Below are positions 1 through 13,914 of a DNA stretch of 64,000 nucleotides, one piece after another. The stretch comes from Eledone cirrhosa (Eukaryota), in contig OZ024740.1 of the NCBI GenBank assembly GCA_964016885.1, positions 258,168,001 to 258,232,000 on the forward strand. Reading direction: 5' to 3'. The notes under the pieces were generated by a model. It did no database searches, was not told the DNA's origin, and saw only the letters and a program-made list of their open reading frames with translations. The position numbers and the translations under genes were made by a program. Each line of letters begins with the position of its first letter. Position 1 is the first letter of the stretch.

Positions 1-483
1 TTTTCATAGTTGTATTTTTTTTCACTAACACTTTAGTCTCCTTAGATATTTGCATTGACATTACTATTTTATAACAGCAACTGCTTGTATACCTTTTACT
101 GACCACCTGACCTATTTTAACCCCTAAAATAAGCTTCAATTACTACTATTTTACCATTTGGCCAATTATTAACTTTCTATTGGTTAATTCTAAACCTCTT
201 ACCAAACAGACAAAATATATTAGATCTTTGTTGGTTTTATTCAATGAACAAATAAAATTATTTCTGAGGTCAGCATACGACCTATTTTCTTCCCTAAAAT
301 AATCTTTCATTCATAATATTCTTTTCCATCCAAAACTGAAATCTACCTTCCTCTACCCATAATTTAAGGTTATTCTACTACTATATTACTACCTTGACCC
401 TCACTATCTCTATTGGACAATTCAAAACCTGTTCCCAAACAGACCTATTGTATTGAATCTTTGTTTTTTTCAATAAACAAATA

Positions 484-625
484 TCATTATTTCTGAAGAC
501 AGCATATATATGTGTAGGTATGTATATTCCCTCTGATAGTTTGTATAAATATTGTACATAGATCTATAGAATATGCATACCAACTCTAATACATATATAT
601 CCTAGAAACGATCGTAAAATGATGA
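484..625 (+). ncRNA. Type I hammerhead ribozyme fold with ~105-nt stem II
   Basis: Stem I TCATTATTT(484-492)/AAATGATGA(617-625); core CTGAAGA 493-499; GAAA 605-608; palindromic stem III CGATCG; GUA triplet. The insert pairs internally (GGTATGTATATTC/GAATATGCATACC). Confidence 0.7.
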
Positions 626-730
626 ATTTTTTTAAAATAAGGAACTGTTTCTTTGTTTATTCATTATTTTATTAATTTATCTTGACTCTGTTTTCCGTTT
701 ATTTTTCACCGAAAATAGTTTTTGAATGTA

Positions 731-1092
<362 letters not shown>

Positions 1093-1130
1093 GGCAGACT
1101 AAATTGAGTTAGTATCACACAAATAAACAT

Positions 1131-1236
1131 CTCCCAACCATGGTTTCAAACACAGAAGAAACAATAGAAGTAATTACCAATTATTGAAATAACCAATACC
1201 GGAAGAATCTGTGATTCTCTTCTCTCTTCGGGGGAA
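1131..1236 (-). ncRNA. Hammerhead-like fold, U4C core variant, long stem II
   Basis: Minus strand reads TTCCC-CCGAAGA-GAG...TTT-GAAA-CCATGG-TT-GGGAG. The stem II/III portion is repeated at ~1638-1700. Confidence 0.5.
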
Positions 1237-1784
1237 TTTACTTTGGAATAAGAGGATATATTGATCATAGAATATACAGACTGTTTCATTGTCGAAACCA
1301 CATGGTGTCCAAACACGTTGCACTGTTGAACTACAAAATTACCAAATCTCTCTTAATATATTAGGACTATGCGACAGGCTTATAATGACGCTAGAAATAG
1401 CAGCCAAATATTCAAGCCAACAAATTAAGTAGCTAATATGAATCAAAAGGTTATTAGTCTCTAATACTTAAACATCTCAATCTATGGGTAAAATATATAG
1501 ATACAATATCACTCAGAGAAACAATATTATATATTGCTTCTCTAAGTATATCTTAAATAAACTCGATTTAGAGGAGTATAAGCAAGACAGACTAAAATAA
1601 GTTAGACTCACTCATGCCCTCATATTAATATCTCTTGGCCATGGTTTCGAACACAGAGGAAACAATAGAAGACATTACCAATTATTGGAATAACCAATAT
1701 TACAAGAGTCAGATATTGTATCTATATATTTTATCCTTTCATTAAGATATTTAAGTATTAGAGACTTGGCGACCAATAAGCTTT

Positions 1785-1867
<83 letters not shown>

Positions 1868-1876
1868 TGTGTGTGC

Positions 1877-1947
<71 letters not shown>

Positions 1948-2716
1948 TGTGTGTGTGTGTGTGTGTGTTTATGTGTGTGTAGTGTTTTTGTATGTCTATT
2001 TGTAATACAAAGAGGGTGCTTGGCTTAGATGAATGTGCGTATGTACATGTATATGCGTTTGTGTGTAAGTGTGTGTGTGGGTGAGGGTTGGGGGGGGGGG
2101 GGGGGGGTATTACGATACATTAATTTGAATTTCTGCGTCTAAGAGTGTTAGTATAAAGTATAGTTTTCAATTAGCATATATTAATTGCTTCTTGTATTTT
2201 AATGAGTGACAAATGTTAATTAATGCAGATAGCTATCATTGTATGGTTTGTCTCCTCTTTCGTTTTAAATCTCACATAACTCACTGCTATATTAATTGAT
2301 TAGTCGTTCAATATCTTCTTTTTTAACTCTCTAGAGGAATCTATGGAATGTGGACAGATTCCGATTTATACATTCTGTCCACACAATACTAACAAGTTGG
2401 CACCAACAAATTTCATTTAGTAGATTCATATATGCTGAGATATGATATTTTTTGTGTGCATAGTGTTTTTTTTCTCTGTTCATTTATTTTCAATTTATAT
2501 TATTCATTATTTTTTCATATTAAAATTATTGAAATTCACTGGCTGTGTAGTTAAAGAGTTCGTTTCACAGACAAGTATATCTGGTCAGTCCTTGTGCAAG
2601 TGTCTTCTACTATAGCCGTTATTTGGGGTTGACCAATGCTGTAAGAGTGGAATTTGGCAGGCAGAAACTATATATATATATATACGCGCGCGCGTGTGTG
2701 TATTATTAGTAAATAT

Positions 2717-2875
2717 TAAAGTTTAAACAAAGAATTGCTGCTTTCACCCTATTACGAGATCTGAAACTGAGAAAATTGAATCTGTAAACGCAGAAGTAAA
2801 TATTTCAAAATACATTACTTCTACGTCTGCAGAAGATCCCGTAATAGGGTGAAAGCAGCGATTATTTGCTTGTGC
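2717..2875. repeat. Fold-back fragment of the Penelope pseudo-LTR terminus also seen at 35770-35885, 57150-57262 and 62410-62520
   Basis: GCTGCTTTCACCCTATTACG...CGTAATAGGGTGAAAGCAGC inverted pair; sequence shared with the other copies. Confidence 0.6.
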
Positions 2876-3289
2876 TGTTTGTTTCTTTCCCTTGCTCTCT
2901 AACTATCTGATTCTCTTTCTCTTTCACTCACACTCTCTGATTCTCTTTCTTTTTCTCTCTTATTATCTATATCTATTCTTCCCTCACTCAAAGTTCTATT
3001 ACCACCCTTTCAACCCTTCTATTCATCCTACCTACTCAGCTTCAGTTCAACCTTTGTTTCCTCTTTTTACGATCTGGCCGTCTAACTGACCAGTTGACAT
3101 TTTCTTCCTCTATTGTTTGTTAATACGGTTTCAGAACTAATGTCCGACCACTTGTATTGATCCTTTTCCTTTCCCTACCGTTACTAACCACACATTTTTG
3201 TGCTGCCCTCTTCGTATCTTTTCCCGTTTCATATCGGTATGTCGTTGTTACTTTCTTCCCTTCTATGTGTTTTTTTAGTTGTTTTTCTT

Positions 3290-3590
3290 CGTCCATCGTC
3301 CAATGTGTTTCTTCTCGGATAGCAATCCATTTTAGCGTGACCAGCAAAGCTCATGGATGTTATCCAACCATCTTTCTCGGGGTCTACCTCTGGGTCTCTT
3401 GCCGGTTGTTTTTCCCGGTTAAATCTGTCCAACAATTCACTCTCTGATCAACGAGCTACGCACTTCATCGAGTAACGTTACTCCAAAAACCCTTCGAAGG
3501 AATCCCATTTCAGCCTCGGTAATCGCGATCGTATTATTTCGATCATTACTCAAGATACATGACCATAGGTAAGGGTTCACACGAAAACCG
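3290..3590 (-). mobile_element. RTE-clade LINE 3' remnant
   Basis: Translates to EAEMGFLRRVFGVTLLDEVRSSLIRE, typical of the RTE C-terminal region. Confidence 0.6.
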
Positions 3591-4199
3591 AATTGAAGAT
3601 AGCAAGTTTGGCTTTTACGCCAACCTCCTGTCTTTTGATTACTAAATGTGTGTATATTCACTCACAAATGTACATATGTGTGTATGTACAAATGTATGTG
3701 TATAGTGAAAAAATGTGTGCGTAAGTACATATATGAGGGCAAGCATATCAGTGTATGTGTGACCACAAATACGTATATAATATATGTTGAAAAATAAATT
3801 GTAAGATAATAGAGTTAACGTACATCCAGACTCGCCTTTCTACTGTCAACATTTTCAACTGATAATCTATATCTACTTCAATTGCCCAATCATGTTCCTG
3901 CTCTCATTTTATTCTTTCCTCTTTTCTTTAATTCTTTCTTATTCTGTTTTACCCTCTCCTCAATATTCATCTTTACTTTTGCACATCTATCACCTCCATT
4001 CACTTCATCATATTTTCTGATTTCGTCCCATAAGGTATATTCTATTATTTCATTCTTAAATATATTTCTTCTTCTTCTTCTTCTTCTTCTTCTTCTTCTT
4101 CTTCTTCTTCTTCTGCTGCTGCTTTTTTGCCAATTTTTTTTTCACAGACGGTTTATGGGGTGCCTTAACTCATCCCAAAGGAAGGTGACCCCTTAATAT

Positions 4200-4436
4200 T
4201 CGAACATTTGGCATACATATTGTATTTTCCCCATTTGATGAACAAAATTTATTTCAAATTTAAAAGAAAATGGACGTCGAACACCCACCTACTTGCACAA
4301 GCCAAAGCAATACGGAAAATAGATCAGACATTAACATCAAAGCAAATTATGCCACCACCACCAACACTACCACACTGAATAAAACCAAGATAATTACAAA
4401 CGCTACCACCACTACCATCGGCATCAACGCCAATGT

Positions 4437-4469
<33 letters not shown>

Positions 4470-7400
4470 CAACAACAGCAACAACAACGATATTTTTTAA
4501 AATGTATCCCTTGTTACAGATGAATTGCAATTCCCTTCATTGACAATGTCATTTACTAATCTGACTGCTGCCGTCCCTCCAACACCATTCACACCCACAC
4601 CACCACAGCAACAACTGAAAGAAAAAACATGAACTAGAAAACAACAACAGCAGCAACAGCAACAGCAGCGCAAAACTAAATGTCTCTTTTGCCATAACGA
4701 CAATCATCAACGAAACGATTCAAGTAACTCAGCAACAACTAAATGATGCCAGACGAATGGTTACGAAAAATGGATACAAGGTCCGTCTCACTCCTCTATC
4801 AAACACTATGGAATATCCGCGGCTATGTACAGTTGCCTTTCATCCTTACGGAGTCGATAAAATAAAGTACCAGTAATGTACTGGATATTTTCTGGCCTTG
4901 TGCCTAAAGTAGAAACAATTATATAATAATATATGTAGAAATGTACACAGTAAATTGTGTCTAAAATTACGAGGGTTGAAATACCACATAAGGTTTGATA
5001 AATTTAACCTGAATCAAACGGAAGATATAGAATATATATACAGACCGTCTCAATAACTATTTCATCTCTCGGACAGATTAGAGATTTAATCTGTTTCGCC
5101 CTGAAAATTGCATGACAACACGCTGAGTGGAGTGGGCATCTGTGTCCCAGATCTAAAAAGCGTTGGGACATGTGTGAGCTCAGAAAACCCACATCATACG
5201 TGGACGAAGGTATGGACCGACAGGAAGGTATGGACCCGACAGGAAGCCAAAGAGCACTCCTTGTCTCCATTAAAGAACGACGGGCTTACACTTGTCCCAA
5301 CTTGCTGTGGACAAAGGCTCGTGAGTAATCCAGGTTCCGCCGGCCATAGAAATTCCCTGGCTGATGGCTGCCGTCCTTGCCGATATCGAGGACGACACAA
5401 AAGTCATCGAGGTCAGGAAAATAAAACAGGAAAACTGGTCCGGATTTGGAATGGAGCTTCTGAACCAAGGGGACCAGAAAAACACCCAAGAGACTCTGGA
5501 GGTGATAGACCTCGATCACGGCAGCCACCTCACCTTAATCGTCGAAGGTAGAAGACCAAGGTATGTCATTTGTGGCGATACAACCCACCCAAAGGTATTC
5601 TGCCCTCAGGTGATGGCAAAAAGATGAAGGTCACCTCTCCTGCCTACCCCACTTTCTCAACCAGAAAAAACAGCAGCAGATATAGCTCCAGCAACTGTAG
5701 CAGCAACGATAGTAAGTCCACCAACACCCACCGCACCAGAAGTAGCTCTATCACCACCATCATCCAACACCCCACAAGCAACACCAACGCCTGTGGAGGC
5801 CATCCCGCTCTCCGACCTTTCACCACTGGAGACGGATTGTTATGACGAGGAGGAGGAGGGGGAGGGGAAAACTGTAATAAAAAAGCAACCCAAAAGAAAG
5901 AACACCATTCTTTCGCTCTAAAAAAAGAGGACTAAACAATTAAACAAGAAAACAAAAAGTTAAGACATCGACACGATGACCACCCACACTAGCATCACCG
6001 TCCCCATCACCACAAACACCAACACTATCACCATCATCAATCTCAACACCACTATCACCAACACCACAAAAAACACCAACAATAAACGAAACAAAAGAAT
6101 ACACACGCAACCGCAACAAACGGAAACGCAACAAAAAACCAAACCGAAACACACTTCACAGCATTAAACTTGAACAATAAGCAATTATTACACTAGATCC
6201 AATACAACACCAGCATCACAGAGAAAAACTACACAACACCCCAAAAATTCACCCAACACCCACCCAACCCACCCTACACCCACCCAACCCACCCCACACC
6301 CACACACAGCACACACACACTCCACACACACCCACACTCACACACAAACAACACGTATCTCACAGAAAACATATACAGCCCTGAAAGAAAAATTCCCAAA
6401 TGATATCGGAGATTTCCGGCAAACACTTTCTAGGAGAATATATAATGACATTCTTCGGGAGAGGGCAACCAATCAGAAGCATGGAGGAACCGTCCATCCT
6501 CCACAAGAACTGTGGTAAGTGGTCTTTCCCATCTTTCCCACTCTTTTTCAACATGACTTTACTCAGAATAGGCAGCATAAATACGCGTAGCCTGGGGTCG
6601 TCATGGAAGCAGGGTCACCTGCTCAACGACCTCAGGTCAATGAACATAAATGTGGTGGCCATCAGCGAGACCAGAATTTCCGAGGCACAAACATTTGCCC
6701 CCAGCTTTGATTGTTACGATGTGTACGCATCTCCAAGTCGGCTAGGATCGGGAGGCGAAGTTGCTATGTTATTTCGAAAGGCCTGGATCTTGCAATACGG
6801 ACTATTTTCCTGGACTCAGAGGATAAGTCCGTGGTGCTGGACGTGACCAGCAGTGAAGAACATACCTTCAAGATAGTGGCTGTTTATGTCCCGACAGAGA
6901 CAGGACGATCTGATTTCTTCGGACGACTGGAGACCATCCTAGGTACGTCCTGCTCTTTAATGTTGGTGGGCGATTGGAACAGCTTCTTGGATGCATGTTG
7001 GGACTGTGTGGGACTAGCGGATAAGGGAGAGGGTGTAAAAAAAGCCTCGCAAACCTGCACAGAGGTTTCCAAATGTCTGACAGATACCGACTGAGTTTCC
7101 CGAATGTGCCCATGTGGACATGGACAAACCGCATCGGGTCATCCAGATCGTATCTAGATAGGGTATTTTGTAAGGAAGTAAATATTTCTACCATAGGTTG
7201 TCAACAATTCAAGATAGTCGACTACACGGACCACAAATTCGGGATTTGTGTGGTCGATTTAGATAGGCTTCATATACAGGGACACGGCTACTGGAAACTA
7301 AATACGTCGCTCATGATGCGCAAAGCCTATAGAGACCGGATTAGCGAACTAGTTAAGCGGGCGTTGACGGGGGAAGTCGTCAACAAAAAATGGTGGTTCG

Positions 7401-7870
7401 CCCTGAAAAGGACGATTAGAATACAGTCCATTAGGTTTAGTATGGCGTTAGCAATAAAGAAAAATAGAGCAGAGGAAGAACTAGTTAGAAAATTAGACGA
7501 GGCGCTTAGTAAAGGCATCGCGACCGATGTTTTGGACAACATTTTCAACCCAAAGCACGAAGACTGCGTTGTCAGAACAAGGGCACGTGCTCTCCGACAC
7601 GAGGGGACGAAAGCCGTTCGATGGCCCGAGTAGCGGAGACGCGTCGTGGAAACAAAGCCACGGATCCTGCTGTCAGCTGCGTCCATCGTGAGAATTGTCT
7701 CTCCAATTTCCTTTAGCCGGGAAGGGCAGACAGCTTTTATCTGCTTGGTGCAGGTGGCCATAACATGTATATGTTTACACACAGAAACGCCCATTTGTAC
7801 CCTCCTGTGCTATTCTTAATGTCATACTTTGTATCAACCCTTGTGGTTAATAAAGAAAGCATTATTATTA
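4200..7870 (+). mobile_element. Decayed L1/Tx1-clade LINE (copy A) with ORF1 remnants, 5' part of ORF2, two internal deletions and (ATT)n tail
   Basis: 6553-7660 closely matches 48490-49617; it then jumps to homologs of 51601-51695 and 52075-52172. ORF1 motifs include VIDLDHGSHLTLIVEGRRPR. The 5' boundary is approximate. Confidence 0.85.
4830..4921 (+). mobile_element. SINE 3' fragment
   Basis: GCCTTTCATCCTTACGGAGTCGATAAAATAAAGTACCAG...CCTTGTGCCTAAAGTAGAAACAATT. Confidence 0.85.
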
Positions 7871-9385
7871 GAACAAGTGATTATTATTTTTTATTTTTTT
7901 CATTTATCTTGCTTTATGTTCTTACGAGTTATCAGCAAGTCACAACCAGTGACTTCATGAGACAACAAAGTCCGCCATGTTCAAGAAAGAACCCATACAC
8001 ACATACATGTATATTTAGGTGTTTAGACTTGTGATGTATTTATATTGACAGAATCTTCCTTGGTATATGAGCAATTCCCATTAGTACTATCTTTTGTATT
8101 TCTTCTATACGCGGGTTTCCTGTGATTTGTGATAAGTAATCATTAGACCCCTTAGGTATCATCCCCAGAGCACTTTCAACCACTGGTATTGTTTTAGTTC
8201 TCAACTTCCACATTTTTCCAATCTCTATCTCCTGGTCTTTATACTTGCTCATTTTTTCAATTGTTTTTATAGATACATTCTTGTCTATTGGAGTGGAAAG
8301 TATGCCAGCTTTTTAAAGTCCTTCAGTATTATATCAGGTCTATTTGCATCTATTTTTCGGTCCGTTTGGATGTTAAAGTTCCACAAAATTGAGATGTGAC
8401 CTTTTTCAAGTACGGGAGGTGGTTGATTCTCCCACCAATACTTTTGATGGGGCAGCTCAAAATGATTACACATTACCCAATATATGTATTGTGCAGCTCT
8501 GTCGTACCTGTTTAGGTTTTCGGTTAGTGCTATAAGACTGCACATTAAAATTATATTATCAATGGTCTCTGGTTGTTTTTTTAAATACACGGCATAATGG
8601 GTTGCCTCCATTTTTTATGATGTTGGCTTGATCATTTTTGTTGGCAGACACTGATCTTGTGCTGATATAATCAGTGCTTCAGTCACCGATTTCAGTCCAG
8701 AGGATGCCAACCACTGATGTTTTGTCAACATCAGGACTGTTAGCGCTTTCTGGGTATTTTCTACACAGAGGCTTTTCTTGCCATTTCTTAGCCAGTTCCT
8801 GCAGCAGTTCTTTCTTTGCAGTTACAATCTTTGCCTTTTCTGTTTTTCATTTCAGCAGAAAAAGGAACTTCTGAAATGTTTAGTTCATTATTGTATCTAT
8901 GTGTATCTTTTGTAATAGAGTACGGTCTTTTGTTTCTTTCATGTTTCAAAATGAGTTTGATCATCCAACCATGTGCTTCCCTTAGATATGTAGATAATCC
9001 AATTGCTGCAGTTTTCAAAGAAATATCTAACTGGATTGATCCTCACTCTCCTTCTTTCCTAGGGAGATATATTCTATCTGCCTAAGGGTGATGCATTTCT
9101 GTGCATGGTTAAGAATTTTCTAATTTTGTATCGAGCCTACGGATCTCTGTGCTTGACCAGTTGATGACATTGTAACTGTAGGTTACTACTGGTATGGCAA
9201 GCGTGTTTATGGCATCGATCCTATTCCTTGCATTCAACTCCGTTCTTAAGATTGCTCTTACTCTGCGGTAACATTCCTTCCTTATCCTTCCCCTCATTGT
9301 CGAGTGCTTGATTCCGTCTCCTTCACAAACACCTAGATATTTGTAAGTTTCTTCTTGATCAAGTTCTCTTATCACATTCTCCTAT
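7870..9385 (-). mobile_element. R4/Dong-clade non-LTR retrotransposon (restriction-like endonuclease), 5'-truncated and frameshifted
   Basis: ETYKYLG, NRYDRAAQYIYW, ANRPDIIL and KYKDQEIEIGKMWKLRTKTIPVV motifs; (TAA)n on both sides. Confidence 0.8.
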
Positions 9386-9427
9386 GACATTCCCCATTAT
9401 TATTATTATCATTATTATTGTTATTAT

Positions 9428-9750
9428 TAACTTTGCCTTTCATCCTTACGGGGTCGATAAAATAAAGTACCAGTAATGTACTGGGTGATTGCTGGCCTTG
9501 TGCCAAAAGTAGAAATAATAATAATTATTATTATTAAGGACGGTGCATTGGCAGTATCGGTAGAGTGTCTGACGTCATGCTTTGCAGGATTGAGTTACAG
9601 CCCTTCTGATCTGAGTTTGAATCCCGCCTAGATTAACTTTGCCTTTCATCATTACGGGGTCGATAAAATAAAGAACCAGGGTCGATTTAGTCGGCTTTCC
9701 CCTCCCCCAAATTACTGGCCTTGTGCCTATACTAGAAATCATTATTATTG
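9428..9750 (+). mobile_element. Two tandem SINE copies (3' fragment plus a variant full copy)
   Basis: A box TGGCAGTATCGG, B-box-like GTTTGAATCC, Nin-type core, ATT tails. Confidence 0.85.
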
Positions 9751-9759
9751 TTATTCTTA

Positions 9760-10350
9760 GCATCACGAAGTTGGATGATTCTGTTGTCAATACCTGAATA
9801 TGTTTCCATGATTTGTGCTTTTGTTGACAGTTGTGTTGTTGGTTTTGTTATGGATGTGTGCATTTGTCGTGTGCATGTTTTTCTGTGCTTGTGGGTGTGG
9901 GTGTATTTTTCTTCTTGTGTTTCATATATTTGTTGGGGGGCGGGGGGGTTCCCCTCATCTTCTCTTTGGAATGAAGAGGGAGTAGTGTCAGGAGACTCTG
10001 TGTCAGAGGGGAGTGGGATTGTGTTTGCTGGCGTGTGGGTGTTTGTCTGTGTGTTTCTGCGTGTATTTCTTTCGGGAGAGGGTGGGAGAGCTTTCCCCGT
10101 TCTCTGCCTGGTTGGATTTTGATACTGCGGTTGGATTTTGATACTGCGGTTGGATTTTGATACTGCGGTGCTGGTGTTGATGGTCCAGTCGGTGCTACTA
10201 GTGGTAGTACTGGTATTGATGTTTGTGAGGTTGGTTGTCTACGCACTGGTGTTGACAGCAATGGAGGTTTGCGGTCCTCTACGTTTTTGATCTGGGTGCA
10301 ATAGACTCGCAGGTGTGTGGTTTTGCCGCAGGATAAACAATGCAGCTCGC
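9760..10350 (-). mobile_element. Tx1-family ORF1 fragment, inverted
   Basis: Minus strand encodes the CCHC knuckle CLSCGKTTHLRVYC followed by a P/T-rich tract; includes a 19-bp unit x3 at ~10110-10168. Confidence 0.7.
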
Positions 10351-11250
10351 CTCTTTGACTGAGCTGTAGTCCCGTGTCAAAGAAGAGACTGAGATTAGGC
10401 GCCTGGCATCTGGAATGTTACCAAGCCCTTACCGCAATGCGGTCAGTGGAACTTCCACTCTCGAATTCTATAGAGGATTAGTGGTTGGCAAGTGCGATGA
10501 CTCTCTCGGAGATATTCTAAATGTCAACGAGAATAAACTATCTAGTCTTTTCTGGAGAACTTTCGAGCCAGAGCCTATGGACAATTTCCAGAAATCTCTC
10601 GCTCGGCAGCGCTACCTTGGGATAATTTCTTTAGGCACGGTAGTGTTGTAAATCAGAGCTGTCCGAGATACGCGCAGAGCGACGGAACCGTTTCACACGT
10701 ACTGGTCCAGTGCCCGTGTATTGCTGATTTGTGGAGTTGTGTCGAACAGCTGTTAGCACGTGTGGGACAGATCCGGATATCGACCGAGTCCATAGTGAAG
10801 ATTGCCCCGCCGCCTTCTCTTAGCTGTAGCGAAAGAGTTTGTGTGGTAGACGCGACTGAAAGTTCTGAAGACAGACACTTTCCTCTTCGGCCAAGCCCCC
10901 GTCAACTTTTTGAAGTTCCACTTGGAAAGGACAATGAGGGTGGATAGAAAAATGCCCCCCACTAACAACCTGTTTATGATAGGTGGGTGAAACATTGAAG
11001 GAGAGAGGGGAGCCCTCCTATAGTGCTCATGAGATAAGGGTGGGTTGGTATTTGTGAGGTTCCTAACATCACCCCTGGATAGTATCCCCCCCCCATTGGG
11101 GAATTCTGTTGTTGATATATTTTTTGGCTAATTGTTAATAGATTTTGTTAATTTTTTTAAGCGATTGCATGTAAACTCCCACTGTCCCTGTTTTTGTATT
11201 GTCCTTTATGTTCGGCTCTTGTGGCCAATAATAATATCATCATTATTATT
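10351..11250 (+). mobile_element. Tx1-family ORF2 3' fragment with 3' UTR and ATT tail
   Basis: FYRGLVVGKCDDSLG...PMDNFQKSLA; homologous to 51150-52172. Confidence 0.85.
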
Positions 11251-12349
11251 ATAAATATTCGACCATTTTGCTGTTTTCACTTTTGTTCCTTTGTGTCTCG
11301 CCTTCTCTCTTCTTCCCACATATTACCCCCCCCCCCCAACACAAGCACTTTACATTACCCAACCACTGTCATTCATTCATTCATTGCAACTCCTATTGCT
11401 CGTTGTTTCAAGTTAGCTTTATCGTCTTAAGGATTAAAATCAGTGATTGCAGTGATAAGGTTATAGCTAATAACAAGGTTAATGGTTCAGTCATAGGGAC
11501 AAAGCAAGGAGCTTTGCTGGAGAAGGTTAAAACTCTTAGATTTGTAAACGAAAACAACAACACCAACAACACTAACAACAGCATCACCACCAACAACAAC
11601 ACAATCAACAACAAGAAAAATATCAATCCCGCTGCCACCACCTCCATCAACAACACAATCACCTTCAACAGCACCACCACTAGCAAAAACACAATCAACA
11701 ACAAAAACACCAGCTCCGACGCCACCGCCCCTCTCCAGCAACAACAATGCTAACACCAACACCATCAATATTAGCACCAACAACAACCTCGACAAAAATA
11801 ACAACAGCACCAAGAGCTACAACAAAATCACCTCCAACCGCACCACAAGAAGCAACAACATCCACGCCACCTCAACCCCCAGCATCGACGACTCCATTGA
11901 CCACAACACCATCATAAACAATACCACCTTCGCCACGACCAACAACAACAACAACATCAGTTACAATGATAGCAGTAACAGCGACATCAGCAGTAACAAC
12001 TGTAACAACAGCAACAACTATAACAACAATGACAACAGTAAACAGTTCAAACACATCAATATATTTATTCTTCTGCAAAATATCAGAACTTTGTAACCAT
12101 TCTATTCTGTAAATCCTCATTAAACTCTAGATAACTCTCTTCCATTTAGTTGATCCGTCTGTTTGTCTGTGTGGCTGTTTGTCTGCCTGTCTGTATGTTT
12201 TTGTCAGCTCTTATCTACTTCTGATACCACATTTAGTTCTCAACCTTACCCTTCCTACCTGCGCCAGACCTAATCTATATATGTCCGATAAGGCCATGAC
12301 AGATTCTCCCATCACACCAGACAGATGAATATAAACTCAAGTAATAATA

Positions 12350-13372
12350 GTTTCTAATTTATGCGTAAGGAGGAGAGGAAGGCCGAATGTATTGATCCCC
12401 AGTATTTCGCTGGTACATTATTTTATTGATCTACTAGAGGGCGATGGATTGGCAGTATCGGTAGAGAGTCGGACGCCATGCTTTGAAGCATAGAGTTACG
12501 TCCCTTTATGATCTGAGTTCAAATCCCGCCGAGGTTAACTTTGCCATTCATCCTTACGGGGTCGATAAAATAAAGTACCAATAATGTACTGGATAATTGC
12601 TCTGCCTTGTGCCTAAAATAGAAACAATTATTTTATTGATCTACGCTGGATAAAAAGAAAATTTAACCTCAGAGAGATTTGAACTTAAATCCTAAAGACA
12701 TTAAATAAATATTGTTCTAAAGATGTCAGTTCCACGAAAGATGCTGCCATTGATAATTGTTTCTAATTTTAGCAGAAGGCCAGCAATTTCAAGGGAAAGA
12801 GGAAATCGATTACGTCGACTTCAGTTCGATACTGGTACTTTATTTTATCGAGCCAATGAGGATGCTCTCATCCTCATCGCTAACCTCTGCGAGATTTGAA
12901 CATACAGGGTAAAGGTACGTAACTATGAGCTGCAAAGCATGTTGTCCGATGTCTGAAAGATTTTGCCATTAATAATTGTTTCTAGTTTTGGCACAAGGCC
13001 AGCAATTACCCAGTACATTACTGGTACCTTATTTTATCGACCCCGTAAGGATGAAAGGCAAAGTTGACCTCGGCGGGATTTGAACTCAGAATGGAAAGGG
13101 CCGTAACTCTATGCGTCAAAGCATGACGTTCGACCCTCTACCGGTACTGCCAATCCACCGCCATTAATAATGGTTTCTGATTTAGACACAAATTTTGGTA
13201 AAGAGGAAAGTCGATTTAATCAACCCCAGTACGTTATCTGTGCTTTATTTCATATACCCCTTAATGATGAAAGGCAAAACTAACCTCGGTGGGATTTGAA
13301 CTCAGAACTTAATAGGCCGTATCTCTATGCCATGTAACATGGTGTCCAACGCTCCATGAATACTGCCATTAA
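12350..13372. mobile_element. Cluster of about six SINE copies/fragments in both orientations
   Basis: Full + copy 12439-12631, full - copy 12973-13163, diverged - copies ~12754-12960 and ~13170-13370. Confidence 0.8.
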
Positions 13373-13507
13373 TAATGACAAGATTTCTCGGAGGCATTCT
13401 TTGGTATTCTCAGGTGTGGTTCACTGGATGTATAAATGCACATACACATTATTACATACACACACACAGGCACACACACAGGCACACACACACATATATA
13501 TATAATA

Positions 13508-13848
13508 CAGTTGTCTCCCGGCATTTGCGGGGGTTATGTTCCTGGAGCACACGCGAAGAGTGAAAAACCGTGAATATTGGACGGGGTCCATAAAGAAATA
13601 TCTATATATATCAAACTATAATGTAAAATATAAGAAAAATAGAGAGAGCATCTTATGCGAAGAGGCGTCCAATAGGGCGGCAAATACGGTATATTGTTAT
13701 TAATAATTGAGCGTTTAAAGAACATATATTTACCACGAAACAAGCCATTTAAAAAATCGCCGAAGATATTTACGATTCCATGAATGTGCGGTGGTTTCTA
13801 AGGAAAATTCCGCGAATATCCAGGACCACGAATACCGGCGGTACACGG
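13508..13848. mobile_element. Tc1/mariner (Tigger/pogo-like) MITE
   Basis: TA|CAGTTGTCTCCCGGCATTTGCGG...CACGAATACCGGCGGTACACGG|TA imperfect TIRs; related copy at 17212-17443. Confidence 0.65.
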
Positions 13849-13914
13849 TAAATATATGAATGTATATATATGTATGTATATACACACACACACACACACA
13901 CCAGCACACAAACA

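Noticed and set aside
11255-12060. Possible further LINE ORF1 N-terminus (N/T-rich)
   Set aside because: Only compositional similarity; no conserved ORF1 motif follows.
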